Shown: positions 1 to 8,751 of the stretch, piece by piece
How the letters are laid out: the number at the start of each line of letters is the position of its first letter
Numbering within the stretch: position 1 is the stretch's first letter
NCBI GenBank assembly: GCA_963816145.1
Contig: CAWFJP010000029.1
Coordinates: forward strand, 430,723-494,722
Direction of reading: 5' to 3'
DNA: 64,000 bases
Source: an uncultured delta proteobacterium
Lineage (GTDB): Bacteria; Desulfobacterota; Binatia; UBA9968
Translations under genes and position numbers: made by a program
The notes under the pieces: model-generated
The model's database searches: none
Told to the model about the DNA's origin: nothing
The model's input: only the letters and a program-made list of their open reading frames with translations

Positions 1-239
1 GTGGTTTTTCTGGCACTTATCAGCCGTATCCTATCACCCCGCTCTGTGTAGGATACGATCAAGAGCCGCCCTTGATGCGACTTGCCGAGCATGAGATAAC
101 GATTTTCGTCGATGGAATGGTCCGGATCGTAAAACTCCACGTACAAGGGATCGTTAAATACGGTTTTGGCTTCATCGAACGAGACATCGTGCTTTGCCAG
201 GTTGTCAGCGGCTTTCGTTTTGTCCCATTCATATTTCAC
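1..239 (-). CDS. brnT: BrnT-family type II toxin (partial, runs off the left window edge; missing from the ORF track)
   Basis: Manual reverse-strand translation from GTG at 239: MKYEWDKTKAADNLAKHDVSFDEAKTVFNDPLYVEFYDPDHSIDENRYLMLGKSHQGRLLIVSYTERGDRIRLISARKT. It has the EWD..K...N..KH and RLISAR motifs of BrnT. Confidence 0.9.
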   Translation of the reverse strand, partial: MKYEWDKTKAADNLAKHDVSFDEAKTVFNDPLYVEFYDPDHSIDENRYLMLGKSHQGRLLIVSYTERGDRIRLISARKT

Positions 240-402
240 AAAGGAAGTATCTCATTGGTTATTTGGACGACGCAAGAGGTGGATTCAAAGTTGGCTTTGT
301 ACCTGCCCGATTCAGTCAAACTTCATGCTACATTCCTCACCCTCATAGCTCTTGAAGTCCCAGATAGCGACCGATATTATCCCGCCGAAGGAGAATTTCT
401 CG

Positions 403-1800
403 ATGGCCGAACGGACTCTCTACGACAAGATTTGGCAATCGCATACGGTGGGCATCCTGCCGACCGGCCAAACCCAGCTCTTTATCGGGCTTCATCTAAT
501 TCATGAAATCACCACCGCGCCGGCGTTCGATATGCTCAGGGAAAAGGGCATGGACGTGGCATTCCGCGATCGTACCTTTGCGACCGTCGATCACATCGTT
601 CCCACCGACATGCGCCAACGGCCATTCAAGGATCAAGAGGCCGAAGATCTCACCCAAGCGTTGGAAAGAAACGTCGCCCAGTTCGGCGTCGAATTTTTCG
701 GCCTCGACAGCATGAACCAAGGCATCGTCCATGTAATCGGACCGCAGCTGGGTCTGACGCAGCCGGGCATGACGCTGGCCTGCGGCGACAGCCATACGAG
801 CACCCATGGCGCCTTCGGAACGTTGGCCTTCGGCATCGGCACCAGCCAGGTGCGCGATGTCTTGGCGACGCAGACCCTGGCGATGGACAAATTGAAAGTG
901 CGCCGCATCAACGTCAATGGCGCGCTTGGCACCGGAGTTTATGCCAAAGACGTGATCCTGCATATCATCCGCCAGCTGGGGGTCGGCGGCGGCAAAGGAT
1001 TTGCCTACGAGTACGGCGGCGAGGTGATCGACCGGATGAACATGGAAGAGCGCATGACCGTGTGCAACATGAGCATCGAGGGCGGCGCTTTGGTCGGTTA
1101 CGTCAATCCGGATCAGACGACATTCGATTACATCAAAGGGCGGCCTCATGCGCCCAAGGGCGAGGCGTTCGATAAGGCGGTCAAGTACTGGCAGTCGGTG
1201 GCCTCGGACGCCGATGCGAAGTTCGACGATGTGGTGAATTATGACGGTAAAGACATCGAGCCGACGGTGACCTGGGGTATCAACCCGGGGCAGTCGGTCG
1301 GCGTGTCGGAAAAACTGCCGTTGCCGGAAAAGTCGAGCGATCCCGAGAGCTCAAAGAAGGCTTATGAACATATGGGCTGGACACCCGGGGCGCCGATCAT
1401 CGGCACGCCGGTGAATGTCGCTTTCATCGGTTCCTGCACCAACGGCCGGCTCGCCGATTTCCGCGCCGCGGCGAAGATCGCCAAGGGGCGCAAGGTAAAT
1501 CCCAATGTGCGCGCCCTCGTGGTGCCTGGATCTGCCGAGGTAAAGAAACTTGCCGAGGCGGAGGGTTTAGACAAAATCTTTGAAGAAGCGGGATTTCAGT
1601 GGCGCGAGGCCGGCTGTTCAATGTGCTTGGCGATGAACCCCGACAAACTCAATGGCCGGGAAATTTCCGCGTCGTCGTCCAATCGCAACTTCATCGGCCG
1701 GCAGGGCAGCCCGCAGGGCCGAACCCTGTTGATGAGTCCGGCGATGGTGGTGGCGGCCGCTCTCAACGGCAAAGTCGTCGACGTGCGCGAGTACGAATAA
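403..1800 (+). CDS. leuC: 3-isopropylmalate dehydratase large subunit
   Basis: [32 protein letters not shown] and [10 protein letters not shown] motifs; AAGGAG upstream of ATG 403. Confidence 0.97.
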   Translation: MAERTLYDKIWQSHTVGILPTGQTQLFIGLHLIHEITTAPAFDMLREKGMDVAFRDRTFATVDHIVPTDMRQRPFKDQEAEDLTQALERNVAQFGVEFFGLDSMNQGIVHVIGPQLGLTQPGMTLACGDSHTSTHGAFGTLAFGIGTSQVRDVLATQTLAMDKLKVRRINVNGALGTGVYAKDVILHIIRQLGVGGGKGFAYEYGGEVIDRMNMEERMTVCNMSIEGGALVGYVNPDQTTFDYIKGRPHAPKGEAFDKAVKYWQSVASDADAKFDDVVNYDGKDIEPTVTWGINPGQSVGVSEKLPLPEKSSDPESSKKAYEHMGWTPGAPIIGTPVNVAFIGSCTNGRLADFRAAAKIAKGRKVNPNVRALVVPGSAEVKKLAEAEGLDKIFEEAGFQWREAGCSMCLAMNPDKLNGREISASSSNRNFIGRQGSPQGRTLLMSPAMVVAAALNGKVVDVREYE

Positions 1801-1809
1801 CGGAACGAG

Positions 1810-1917
1810 GTTCAAATCGTTCAAAAAGTTCAAGCCGTTCAAATTGTTCCGCATCTGTACACGGCTTGAGCGGAGCGCAGCGGTTGAACGGTTTGAACGA
1901 CTTGAACTGATTTGGAC
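1810..1917. repeat. 9-bp tandem-inverted repeat element (GTTCAANNN x4-5 ... TTGAAC x3-4)
   Basis: gttcaaatc gttcaaaaa gttcaagcc gttcaaatt, then ttgaac at 1884, 1893 and 1902, between leuC and leuD. Confidence 0.85.
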
Positions 1918-1930
1918 CTAGTGAGGAACC

Positions 1931-2545
1931 ATGAGTGAAATAATTAAGATCGTCAAAATTACCGGCACGGCGCTGCCGATGCGCGGCAACGAAATCGACA
2001 CCGATCGGATCATTCCGGCGCGCTATTTAAAAGAGGTTACTTTTTCGCGCATGGGCGACTATCCGTTCTTCGACGAGCGCTACACCAGCGAGGGCAAGAA
2101 GAAGGATCATCCGTTCAACGATCCCGAGTATAGCGGCGCGTCGATTTTGTTCGTCAACAAGAACTTCGGCTGCGGCTCGTCGCGCGAGCATGCGCCGCAG
2201 GCGCTCAACCGTTTCGGCATCAAAGTCATCGTCGGCGAATCTTTCGCGGCGATCTTCGCCGGCAATTGTACCATGATGGGCGTGCCGACGGTGACGGTGA
2301 GCGAAAGGGACATGCAGCAGCTGATGAAGAGTGTCGAGGAAAACCCCAAGACCGAGTACACCGTCGATATCGACAACAAGACCTTGACCTACGGTAACGT
2401 GAAGATCGCCATCGACCTGCCGGAAACTTACCGCACGGCCTTGACCATGGGATCTTGGGATTCCACCGCGCTGTTGCGCGCCAATCTCGATCAGGTCAAA
2501 CAAACCGCCAAGAAATTGCCTTACATGAACAACTTCGCGGGTTAG
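1931..2545 (+). CDS. leuD: 3-isopropylmalate dehydratase small subunit
   Basis: IDTDRIIPARYL and NFGCGSSREHAPQAL motifs; follows leuC. Confidence 0.97.
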   Translation: MSEIIKIVKITGTALPMRGNEIDTDRIIPARYLKEVTFSRMGDYPFFDERYTSEGKKKDHPFNDPEYSGASILFVNKNFGCGSSREHAPQALNRFGIKVIVGESFAAIFAGNCTMMGVPTVTVSERDMQQLMKSVEENPKTEYTVDIDNKTLTYGNVKIAIDLPETYRTALTMGSWDSTALLRANLDQVKQTAKKLPYMNNFAG

Positions 2546-2659
2546 CGACGCAAGAGATCGGAGATCGGATAAGAGATGTCTCCCGCAAAGTAACTCATGT
2601 ACGGGTCGGCACAACACAGCAAATGAAAATGAGCTGCGCCACGTTCAAAGCAACGACGG

Positions 2660-2715
2660 AAATCCCCCAATGGCCCCCTTTGCCAAAGGGGGCGGGCCGA
2701 AGGACCGGGGGATTT
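2660..2715. repeat. Nested palindrome AAATCCCCC..GCCCCCTTTG-C-CAAAGGGGGC..GGGGGATTT (REP-like, may also terminate leuCD transcription)
   Basis: Two nested inverted repeats read directly, followed by a T-run. Confidence 0.7.
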
Positions 2716-2744
2716 TTTGCCTTTGATCGGCATTTTCATAAGAG

Positions 2745-2813
2745 GCGCAAAGCGCGCGCAGTTCGGAATGATAAAATAGGAAAAAACTTTGCGCGCTTGG
2801 CGGCTTGGCGCGA
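2745..2813. repeat. 8-9 bp tandem-inverted element (GCGCAAAG ... CTTTGCGCG CTTGGCGG CTTGGCGCGA) with inner GTTCGGAA
   Basis: Direct reading; same family as the elements at 3985 and 30060. Confidence 0.7.
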
Positions 2814-2889
2814 TAAAGTTTTCTGATTGAGTGTCGGCGAACCTCTAAAAAGTCAGAATCTAACTTCAGCGGTATAACACCCGTGACCC

Positions 2890-3588
2890 ATGGCTGAACG
2901 GATTGTTTCCATGCACGCCGCCCATCGCAGCGGCAAGGATGTTGTCGACGGATTTCTTTCCCGGCCGACGGCCGGCGGCGAACGGCCGGCGATCGTTTTG
3001 GTCCACGGCTACCGCGGCCTGGACGACGGCCAGCGGGCGGTGACGCGCCGCTTCGCGCAAGAGGGGTTTGTTTGCTTGTCGCCGGATCTATTTCACGGCA
3101 AGACCTACCATACCCTGGAAGAGTGCGCGCTCAAGAAGACTTCGTTGGACATTCCCCACGCGGTCAACCAGATCGTCGACAGCGTGCCCTATCTGCGCAA
3201 GCTGCCTTGGGTCGGCAAGAAGAAAGTCGCAGTTTTGGGCTTCTGCATGGGTGGCGGTTTGGCGCTCTATGCCTTGGCGCAGTCTAAAGCCTTCGATGCC
3301 GGGGTGATTTACTATCAGAGCATGTTTCCCGATCCCGAGGATCTGAAGAGTATCTCGGCGCCGATGCTGTGCCATTACGGCACCGACGATCGCGGCACGA
3401 CCCAGACCGAGATCGACATGTTTCGCGAGAGCTTGGAGCGGCACAAGAAAAAATTTCACATCGAGATGTATTCCGGCGCCGGCCACGCATTCCTCAACAA
3501 CCCGTCGAGTAAAAACGCGGCCAACCGCGATGCCGCCGCTAAATCGGTTATCACCACAGCCAAGTGGCTGAAAAAAGTGCTGGCCTAG
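2890..3588 (+). CDS. Dienelactone hydrolase family protein
   Basis: GFCMGG nucleophile motif, YSGAGHAF His motif, PDLF. Confidence 0.9.
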   Translation: MAERIVSMHAAHRSGKDVVDGFLSRPTAGGERPAIVLVHGYRGLDDGQRAVTRRFAQEGFVCLSPDLFHGKTYHTLEECALKKTSLDIPHAVNQIVDSVPYLRKLPWVGKKKVAVLGFCMGGGLALYALAQSKAFDAGVIYYQSMFPDPEDLKSISAPMLCHYGTDDRGTTQTEIDMFRESLERHKKKFHIEMYSGAGHAFLNNPSSKNAANRDAAAKSVITTAKWLKKVLA

Positions 3589-3615
3589 CATTAAATAAAG
3601 TCCTGGAGGACAACA

Positions 3616-3921
3616 ATGGCGAACAAGTGGGACGAACGTAAGAAAGCGCAAGAGGACGAGTACTTCGTCAAGAAGGAACGCGAACAGCTGGCGAAATTAA
3701 AGGCTAAACAGGAAGCGGAAGCCAAAGAGACGGCGAATAAAGTCGTCCACATGCGCTGTCCCAAATGCGGCGAGCCGCTAAAGGCGCGGAGCTTCCAGAA
3801 GATCGAGATCGATCAGTGCACCGGTTGCAATGGCATCTGGCTCGATGCCGGTGAACTTGAGCAAGTCGCCGAAAAGGATGAGGGCAGTTGGCTCGGCAGG
3901 TTCTGGCAGAAAAACGGCTGA
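3616..3921 (+). CDS. zf-TFIIB-type zinc-ribbon protein with an IF1-like N-terminal helix
   Basis: CPKC...IDQCTGCNGIWLDAGELE zinc ribbon; GGAGG RBS; N-terminus WDERKKAQEDEYFVKKEREQLAKLK. Confidence 0.85.
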   Translation: MANKWDERKKAQEDEYFVKKEREQLAKLKAKQEAEAKETANKVVHMRCPKCGEPLKARSFQKIEIDQCTGCNGIWLDAGELEQVAEKDEGSWLGRFWQKNG

Positions 3922-3984
3922 TAGCGACAAGTCGCGAGGCTTGGGTTCGGAAGATTGGCCGCAGGAACCAAAAACCGGGAAGAG

Positions 3985-4120
3985 CCGCAAAGGGCGCAAA
4001 GACCAAAGATGACGGAACGAGCCGTCATCCCGAGGGAACACGAGGGATTCAAGACCGGATTTCTCCCAAGGGTCGACATGACAACATTTCCGGTGCTTGC
4101 GCCTTTGCGCCTTGGCGAGA
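3985..4120. repeat. Composite element: CGCAAAG tandem-inverted arms enclosing a CGTCAT...ATGAC REP-like palindrome (4023-4082)
   Basis: ccgcaaag ggcgcaaag accaaag ... cgtcatcccgag...catgac ... cttgcgc ctttgcgc cttggcgaga. Confidence 0.75.
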
Positions 4121-4162
4121 GACTCCGTAATTCGAAACCGTAATTGACCAAAGGAGACGACC

Positions 4163-4723
4163 ATGAAAAAATAGTAAGTGGTTTATCATTGGCATTGGCG
4201 ATAGCTGTGGCTGCAAGCCGCGGCGCTGGTTTCGGCGCAAGAGGGCAAAATCGTCCCGTATGTGCCGACGCCGCAGGAGGTCGTCGACCGCATGCTCGAA
4301 TTGGCCCAAGTTAAGAAGGGCGATGTCGTCTACGATCTCGGGTCGGGGGACGGGCGCATCGTCGTGACCGCGGCGAAAAAATACGGCGTCAAGGCGATCG
4401 GCTTCGAAATCGATCCGCAGCGCATCAAAGAATCGCATGAGAACATCAAGAAGGCCGGGGTCGAGAATTTGGTCGAGATCCGCCAGCAAGATATTCGCAC
4501 GGTCGATTTGTCGGCGGCCAACGTGCTGACGATGTATTTGCTGCCCGAAGTGAATCTGATGATCCGTCCGAATATCTGGAAACAGATGAAGCCGGGATCG
4601 CGCGTCGTGTCCCATGATTTCGATATGGGCGATTGGAAGCCGCTCAAGACGGAGTATATCAAGGACGGGTCGAGCTGGGATCACACGCTTTATCTCTGGC
4701 ATGTCGAGGCGGCGAAGAAATAG
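4163..4723 (+). CDS. Class I SAM-dependent methyltransferase, FAM173/aKMT protein-lysine MTase-like; N-terminal leader disrupted by small indels
   Basis: VPYVPTP, DLGSGDGRIV, GFEID and SRVVSHDF motifs. AAGGAG and ATG 4163 are in frame with the catalytic ORF but followed by stops; a hydrophobic leader is readable in a shifted frame. Confidence 0.8.
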
Positions 4724-4741
4724 TTCGGACTGCGCCCAAGG

Positions 4742-5896
4742 ATGGTTATGCAACTGACACGAGTACTGTTTGGCGCGCTGATAGCGGTCGGCTATTTCCC
4801 CAGTCTGTCCTTGGCACAAATCAAAATCGGCGTCGCCGAAGCGTTGACCGGCAATGCGGCGCAGTATGGCGTGCCGATCCGCAAGGGCTTCGAGCTGGCA
4901 GTAAGTGAGATCAACGGCAGCGGCGGCATCAATGGCCAAAAGATCGAGCTTGTCGTTGAAGACGAGCAGGGCAAGAAAGAAGATGCGATCAACGTTTTCA
5001 AGAAACTGATCTTTCAGGACAAGGTGTTGATGCTGTTCGGCCCGACGCTGTCCAACTCGGCACAGGCCTCCGATCCGGTGGCCCAGGGCGCCAAGGTGGT
5101 GGTGTTCGGCACGTCGAATACCGCCGACGGCATCACCTCCATCGGTAACTTTGTATTTCGCAATTCGGTCACTGAGGCTGATATCTTGCCGGTGACTCTG
5201 AAGGTTGCGACGCAGAAAACCGGTCTGAAAAAAGTCGCGGTGCTTTACGGCAACGACGATATTTTTACCAAAAGCGGCTACGACAATTTCAAGAAAGCGC
5301 TGCAAGCGCTAAAAATCCCAGTGACCACGACCGAGACTTTCGCCAAGGGCGACGTCGATTTCAAACCGCAGCTGACCAAGATCAAAGCGAGCAATGCCGA
5401 CGCTGTGGTGCTCTCGGCATTGGTGGCCGAGGGTGCGCCGGCGATGGTGCAAGCGCGGCAATTAGGCATCATGTTGCCGTTTATCGGCGGCAACGGCATG
5501 AACTCGCCCAAGGTCTTCGACCTCGCCAAGGACAATTCCGACAACCTATGGGTCGGCAGCCCCTGGTCCATAGAGAATCCCGCGGCGGAGAACAAGCGCT
5601 TCGTCGCCGCCTATCAGAAGGCGCAAAACGCATTGCCCGACCAGTTCGCCGCCCAAGCCTACGACGCCGTGTACATCGTCGCCCAGGCATTGAAGAAGGT
5701 TAAGCTCAGCGGCAAGCTAGAAGCCGATCGCAGCAACCTGCGCAATGCTTTGCCGGCGGTGCAAATCACCGGCGCCACTGGAGCTTTCAAGTTCCGCCAG
5801 GTGACGGGTAGAGACGGCAAGCCGGCCGGTTACGATGCCGTGCAGACCGCCATCGTGATGATGACCAAGGGCAACCAGTACGTCATTCAAAAATAG
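4742..5896 (+). CDS. Branched-chain amino acid-type ABC transporter substrate-binding protein (LivJ/K family)
   Basis: Signal peptide, IKIG..LTG, INGSGGINGQKIELVVED and AQAYDAVY motifs. Confidence 0.92.
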   Translation: MVMQLTRVLFGALIAVGYFPSLSLAQIKIGVAEALTGNAAQYGVPIRKGFELAVSEINGSGGINGQKIELVVEDEQGKKEDAINVFKKLIFQDKVLMLFGPTLSNSAQASDPVAQGAKVVVFGTSNTADGITSIGNFVFRNSVTEADILPVTLKVATQKTGLKKVAVLYGNDDIFTKSGYDNFKKALQALKIPVTTTETFAKGDVDFKPQLTKIKASNADAVVLSALVAEGAPAMVQARQLGIMLPFIGGNGMNSPKVFDLAKDNSDNLWVGSPWSIENPAAENKRFVAAYQKAQNALPDQFAAQAYDAVYIVAQALKKVKLSGKLEADRSNLRNALPAVQITGATGAFKFRQVTGRDGKPAGYDAVQTAIVMMTKGNQYVIQK

Positions 5897-5899
5897 CAG

Positions 5900-6781
5900 A
5901 TGCTTGCCCAGCAACTCGTTAATGCGATTTCACTGGGCGGTGTCTACGCGCTCTTCGCTCTCGGATTTACTCTGATCTTCGGCGTCTTGAACGTCGTCAA
6001 TCTCGCCCATGGCGCCATGTTCATGCTCGGCGCCTACACGGCGCTGCAGGCGGTGTTGTTATTCAAGCTTCCCCTGGCAGCGGCCGTTCTGGCGGCTATC
6101 GCCGTAACGGCCGGCGCCGGCTGGCTGCTCGACCGCTTCATCTTCGCGCCGCTGCGGGCGCGCCAGGCGCCGCACTTGGCGCCGATGATTGCCACCATCG
6201 GTTTGGCGATCTCGCTCAACAGCACGATCCAAGGAATCTTCGGCGCCGAGAATCTGCGCTTCCCGGTGCATGGCTTGGCCGCCGACGGGTTGCGACTGGG
6301 CGGTGTGCAAATCACCTGGCTGGAACTGCAAATCATTTTTCTGGCATTCCTGTTGATGGCGGTTCTGCTGTGGTGGCTCATGCGCACGCGCATGGGTACG
6401 GCACTGCGCGCACTGGCCGAGTCGCGCAAAGCCGCGGCGCTCTTGGGTATCGATGTCGAGGGGCTGTTTCGTCTGACCTCGGTGATCGCATCTTTGCTGG
6501 GCGGCGTGGCCGGCGTTTTGATCGCGCTCTACACCAACGCGGTGTTTCCCCAAATGGGTCAGCCGATGCTGCACAAGGGCATCGCCGTGGTCATCCTTGG
6601 CGGCATGGGCGACATCCGCGGCGCCTTGCTCGGCGGCTTTTTCCTCGGCTGCGCCGAAGTCTTTTCGGTCGCCTACGTCGGCTCGACCATGCGCGATGCC
6701 GTGGCGTTCGGCTTACTATTCGCAATTCTACTTCTTCGGCCGGAAGGATTGTTCGGCAAAGCCGCCCAGCGGCGGGCGTGA
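5900..6781 (+). CDS. livH: LIV-type ABC transporter permease
   Basis: QQLVNAISLGGVYALFALGFTLIFG, VILGGMG and RPEGLFG motifs. Confidence 0.92.
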   Translation: MLAQQLVNAISLGGVYALFALGFTLIFGVLNVVNLAHGAMFMLGAYTALQAVLLFKLPLAAAVLAAIAVTAGAGWLLDRFIFAPLRARQAPHLAPMIATIGLAISLNSTIQGIFGAENLRFPVHGLAADGLRLGGVQITWLELQIIFLAFLLMAVLLWWLMRTRMGTALRALAESRKAAALLGIDVEGLFRLTSVIASLLGGVAGVLIALYTNAVFPQMGQPMLHKGIAVVILGGMGDIRGALLGGFFLGCAEVFSVAYVGSTMRDAVAFGLLFAILLLRPEGLFGKAAQRRA

Positions 6782-6802
6782 TCGAAACATCCTGCGGGTT
6801 TC

Positions 6803-6832
6803 GTTCAAGGTTCAAAGGTTCAAAGTTCAAGG
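6803..6832. repeat. 7-8 bp tandem repeat GTTCAAG/GTTCAAA x4 (single arm)
   Basis: gttcaag gttcaaag gttcaaa gttcaag. Confidence 0.7.
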
Positions 6833-6926
6833 TCGGAGCGCGAGATTCGTCGACGTGTGGTGCTGAGATCAATTTTTATTGGTTGTCGGGTGATAGAAAT
6901 CCCTCGCGTGTAGAAAAGCTAATGTC

Positions 6927-7020
6927 CGTCATGCCGGCGCAGGCCGGCATCCAGTCTTGCTCGGATCGAGCTTCGGCCTGCCACCGAAGACGCCTGGATT
7001 CCGGCTTCCGCCGGAATGAC
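6927..7020. repeat. CGTC-type REP-like palindrome pair
   Basis: cgtcatgccggcgcaggccggcatccag ... ctggattccggcttccgccggaatgac. Confidence 0.85.
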
Positions 7021-7099
7021 AGAAGGAAAGTGAACTTCGAGTCGATAGTTTGACAAGCCGTTGGCTTTGAGCCGAGGGTTGCTGGTTTCAGATCATCGT

Positions 7100-7960
7100 A
7101 TGGAATGGCTAGAGACCTTTTGGGCGACTTACAGCACTCTGGTGCTTTCCATCGGCACCAACGTGCTATTGGCGCTGTCGATCTATTTGACGCTTGCCTG
7201 CGGGCTTTTGACCGTCGCCAATGCCGCCTTCATGGGTATCGGCGCCTATACCGCGGCGCTGCTCAGTTTGCACAGCGGTTTGCCTTTCTATTTGTCTTTG
7301 GTGCTCGGAGCGCTGCTGCCCGCAGCGGTGGCCTTGTTGCTCGGTCCGCCGACACTGCGGTTGTCGGGAGTTTATCTGGCGATGGCGACCTTGGCCTTAG
7401 GCGAGATCGTCCGGATATTTCTGCTCAACAGCGAAAATCTCACCGGCGGCGCTCTCGGCCTTAACGGCATCCCGCAGCATACCCAATGGTACGATGTTGT
7501 CGTGATTGTTGTCGCCGCGCTGTATACGCTCTTGCGCGTCGCCGGTTCGCGCATCGGTCGAACGATGGTGGCGATCTGTCAGGATGAAGTCGCGACGGAA
7601 CTCACGGGGCTCAACGTGCGCGCGTACAAGCTTGTCGCCTTCACGCTTGGCGCCGGGCTGGCCGGGCTTGCGGGCGGCTTGAACGCTCACTTCACTTTTT
7701 TCATCAGCCCGAACGAGTACGGCTTTGACCGTGGCGTGGAGATCTTGGCGATGGGGGTGCTCGGCGGCACCGGTAGCCCCTGGGGCGCGGTCATCGGCGG
7801 CGTGCTAATCACGCTCCTGCCGGAGTTACTGCGTGGTCTCGGCAATTACCGGCCGTTGATCAACGGGGTGATTCTGATCGTCATCATTCTTTATTCTCCC
7901 AAGGGAATCTGGGATCTCACGCGTTTTATCCGGGTCAAGCGTGCCGCGGCAGCCAACTAG
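7100..7960 (+). CDS. livM: LIV-type ABC transporter permease
   Basis: LRLSGVYLAMATLALGEI, LTGGALGLNGIP and VLGGTGS motifs; ATG 7100 preferred. Confidence 0.9.
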   Translation: MEWLETFWATYSTLVLSIGTNVLLALSIYLTLACGLLTVANAAFMGIGAYTAALLSLHSGLPFYLSLVLGALLPAAVALLLGPPTLRLSGVYLAMATLALGEIVRIFLLNSENLTGGALGLNGIPQHTQWYDVVVIVVAALYTLLRVAGSRIGRTMVAICQDEVATELTGLNVRAYKLVAFTLGAGLAGLAGGLNAHFTFFISPNEYGFDRGVEILAMGVLGGTGSPWGAVIGGVLITLLPELLRGLGNYRPLINGVILIVIILYSPKGIWDLTRFIRVKRAAAAN

Positions 7961-7962
7961 CT

Positions 7963-8751
7963 ATGCTGACATTGTCATCGATCGCAAAGAATTTCGGCGG
8001 CCTGCAGGTGCTGCGGGACATTAGCCTGGCGATTCCCGAGCGCGGCATCTTCGGCCTGATCGGTCCCAATGGTGCCGGGAAGACTACCGTGTTTAACTTG
8101 ATCACCGGTTTGTTGGCTCCTTCGAGCGGCACCATCGAGTTCCACGGACAACCCTTGAACGGCTTGCCGCCCCATCAGATTACCCGAAGGGGCATCGCCC
8201 GAACCTTTCAAAATATTCGCATCTTCAAAGAGATGTCCCTGAGCGAAAATGTTTTAGTCGGCATGGGGCGGCAGGCGCGCTACGGCGCCCTGCGCGTGCT
8301 CTTGCCGTCTTCAAGTTTGCAGGCGGCGCAGCGCGCCGAACGAGCCGAGGCCAGGGAGCTGTTAGCAAGAGTTGGATTGGGCGATAAGTCGGAAATTTTG
8401 GCGGGCAAACTTTCATACGGCGAGCAGCGCCGCTTGGAGATCGCTAGGGCGCTGGCGACAGCGCCCAAGCTCCTGTTGCTCGATGAACCGGCGGCGGGCA
8501 TGAATGGCGCGGAGAAGCAGCAACTCATGGAAGAGATCGTCAAGCTCGAAGGGAATGGCTTGAGCCTGCTGATCATCGAGCATGATATGCGTTTCGTTAT
8601 GGGCCTTTGCCGAGAAATCGCCGTGCTCAATTTTGGTCAATTAATCGCCCAAGGCACGCCGGAGGCGATTCGCGCCAATCCGGATGTCGTCGAAGCTTAC
8701 CTGGGTGAGCAAGACGACGGCGATTCACCGGCCGTGAAAAGCCCGTCATGA
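7963..8751 (+). CDS. livG: LIV-type ABC transporter ATPase
   Basis: GPNGAGKTT, RTFQNIR, LSYGEQRRLEIARAL, LLDEPAAG and EAYLG motifs. Confidence 0.93.
   Translation: MLTLSSIAKNFGGLQVLRDISLAIPERGIFGLIGPNGAGKTTVFNLITGLLAPSSGTIEFHGQPLNGLPPHQITRRGIARTFQNIRIFKEMSLSENVLVGMGRQARYGALRVLLPSSSLQAAQRAERAEARELLARVGLGDKSEILAGKLSYGEQRRLEIARALATAPKLLLLDEPAAGMNGAEKQQLMEEIVKLEGNGLSLLIIEHDMRFVMGLCREIAVLNFGQLIAQGTPEAIRANPDVVEAYLGEQDDGDSPAVKSPS

Noticed and set aside
72-506. 144-aa plus-strand ORF
   Set aside because: Antisense shadow of the BrnT gene and out-of-frame overlap with the leuC start; no recognisable motifs.
4049-5305. Long minus-strand ORF (418 aa); likewise 42421..43539, 55501..56451, 24050..24835 and 27737..28522
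   Set aside because: Antisense to well-supported genes; such shadows are expected in GC-rich coding DNA.
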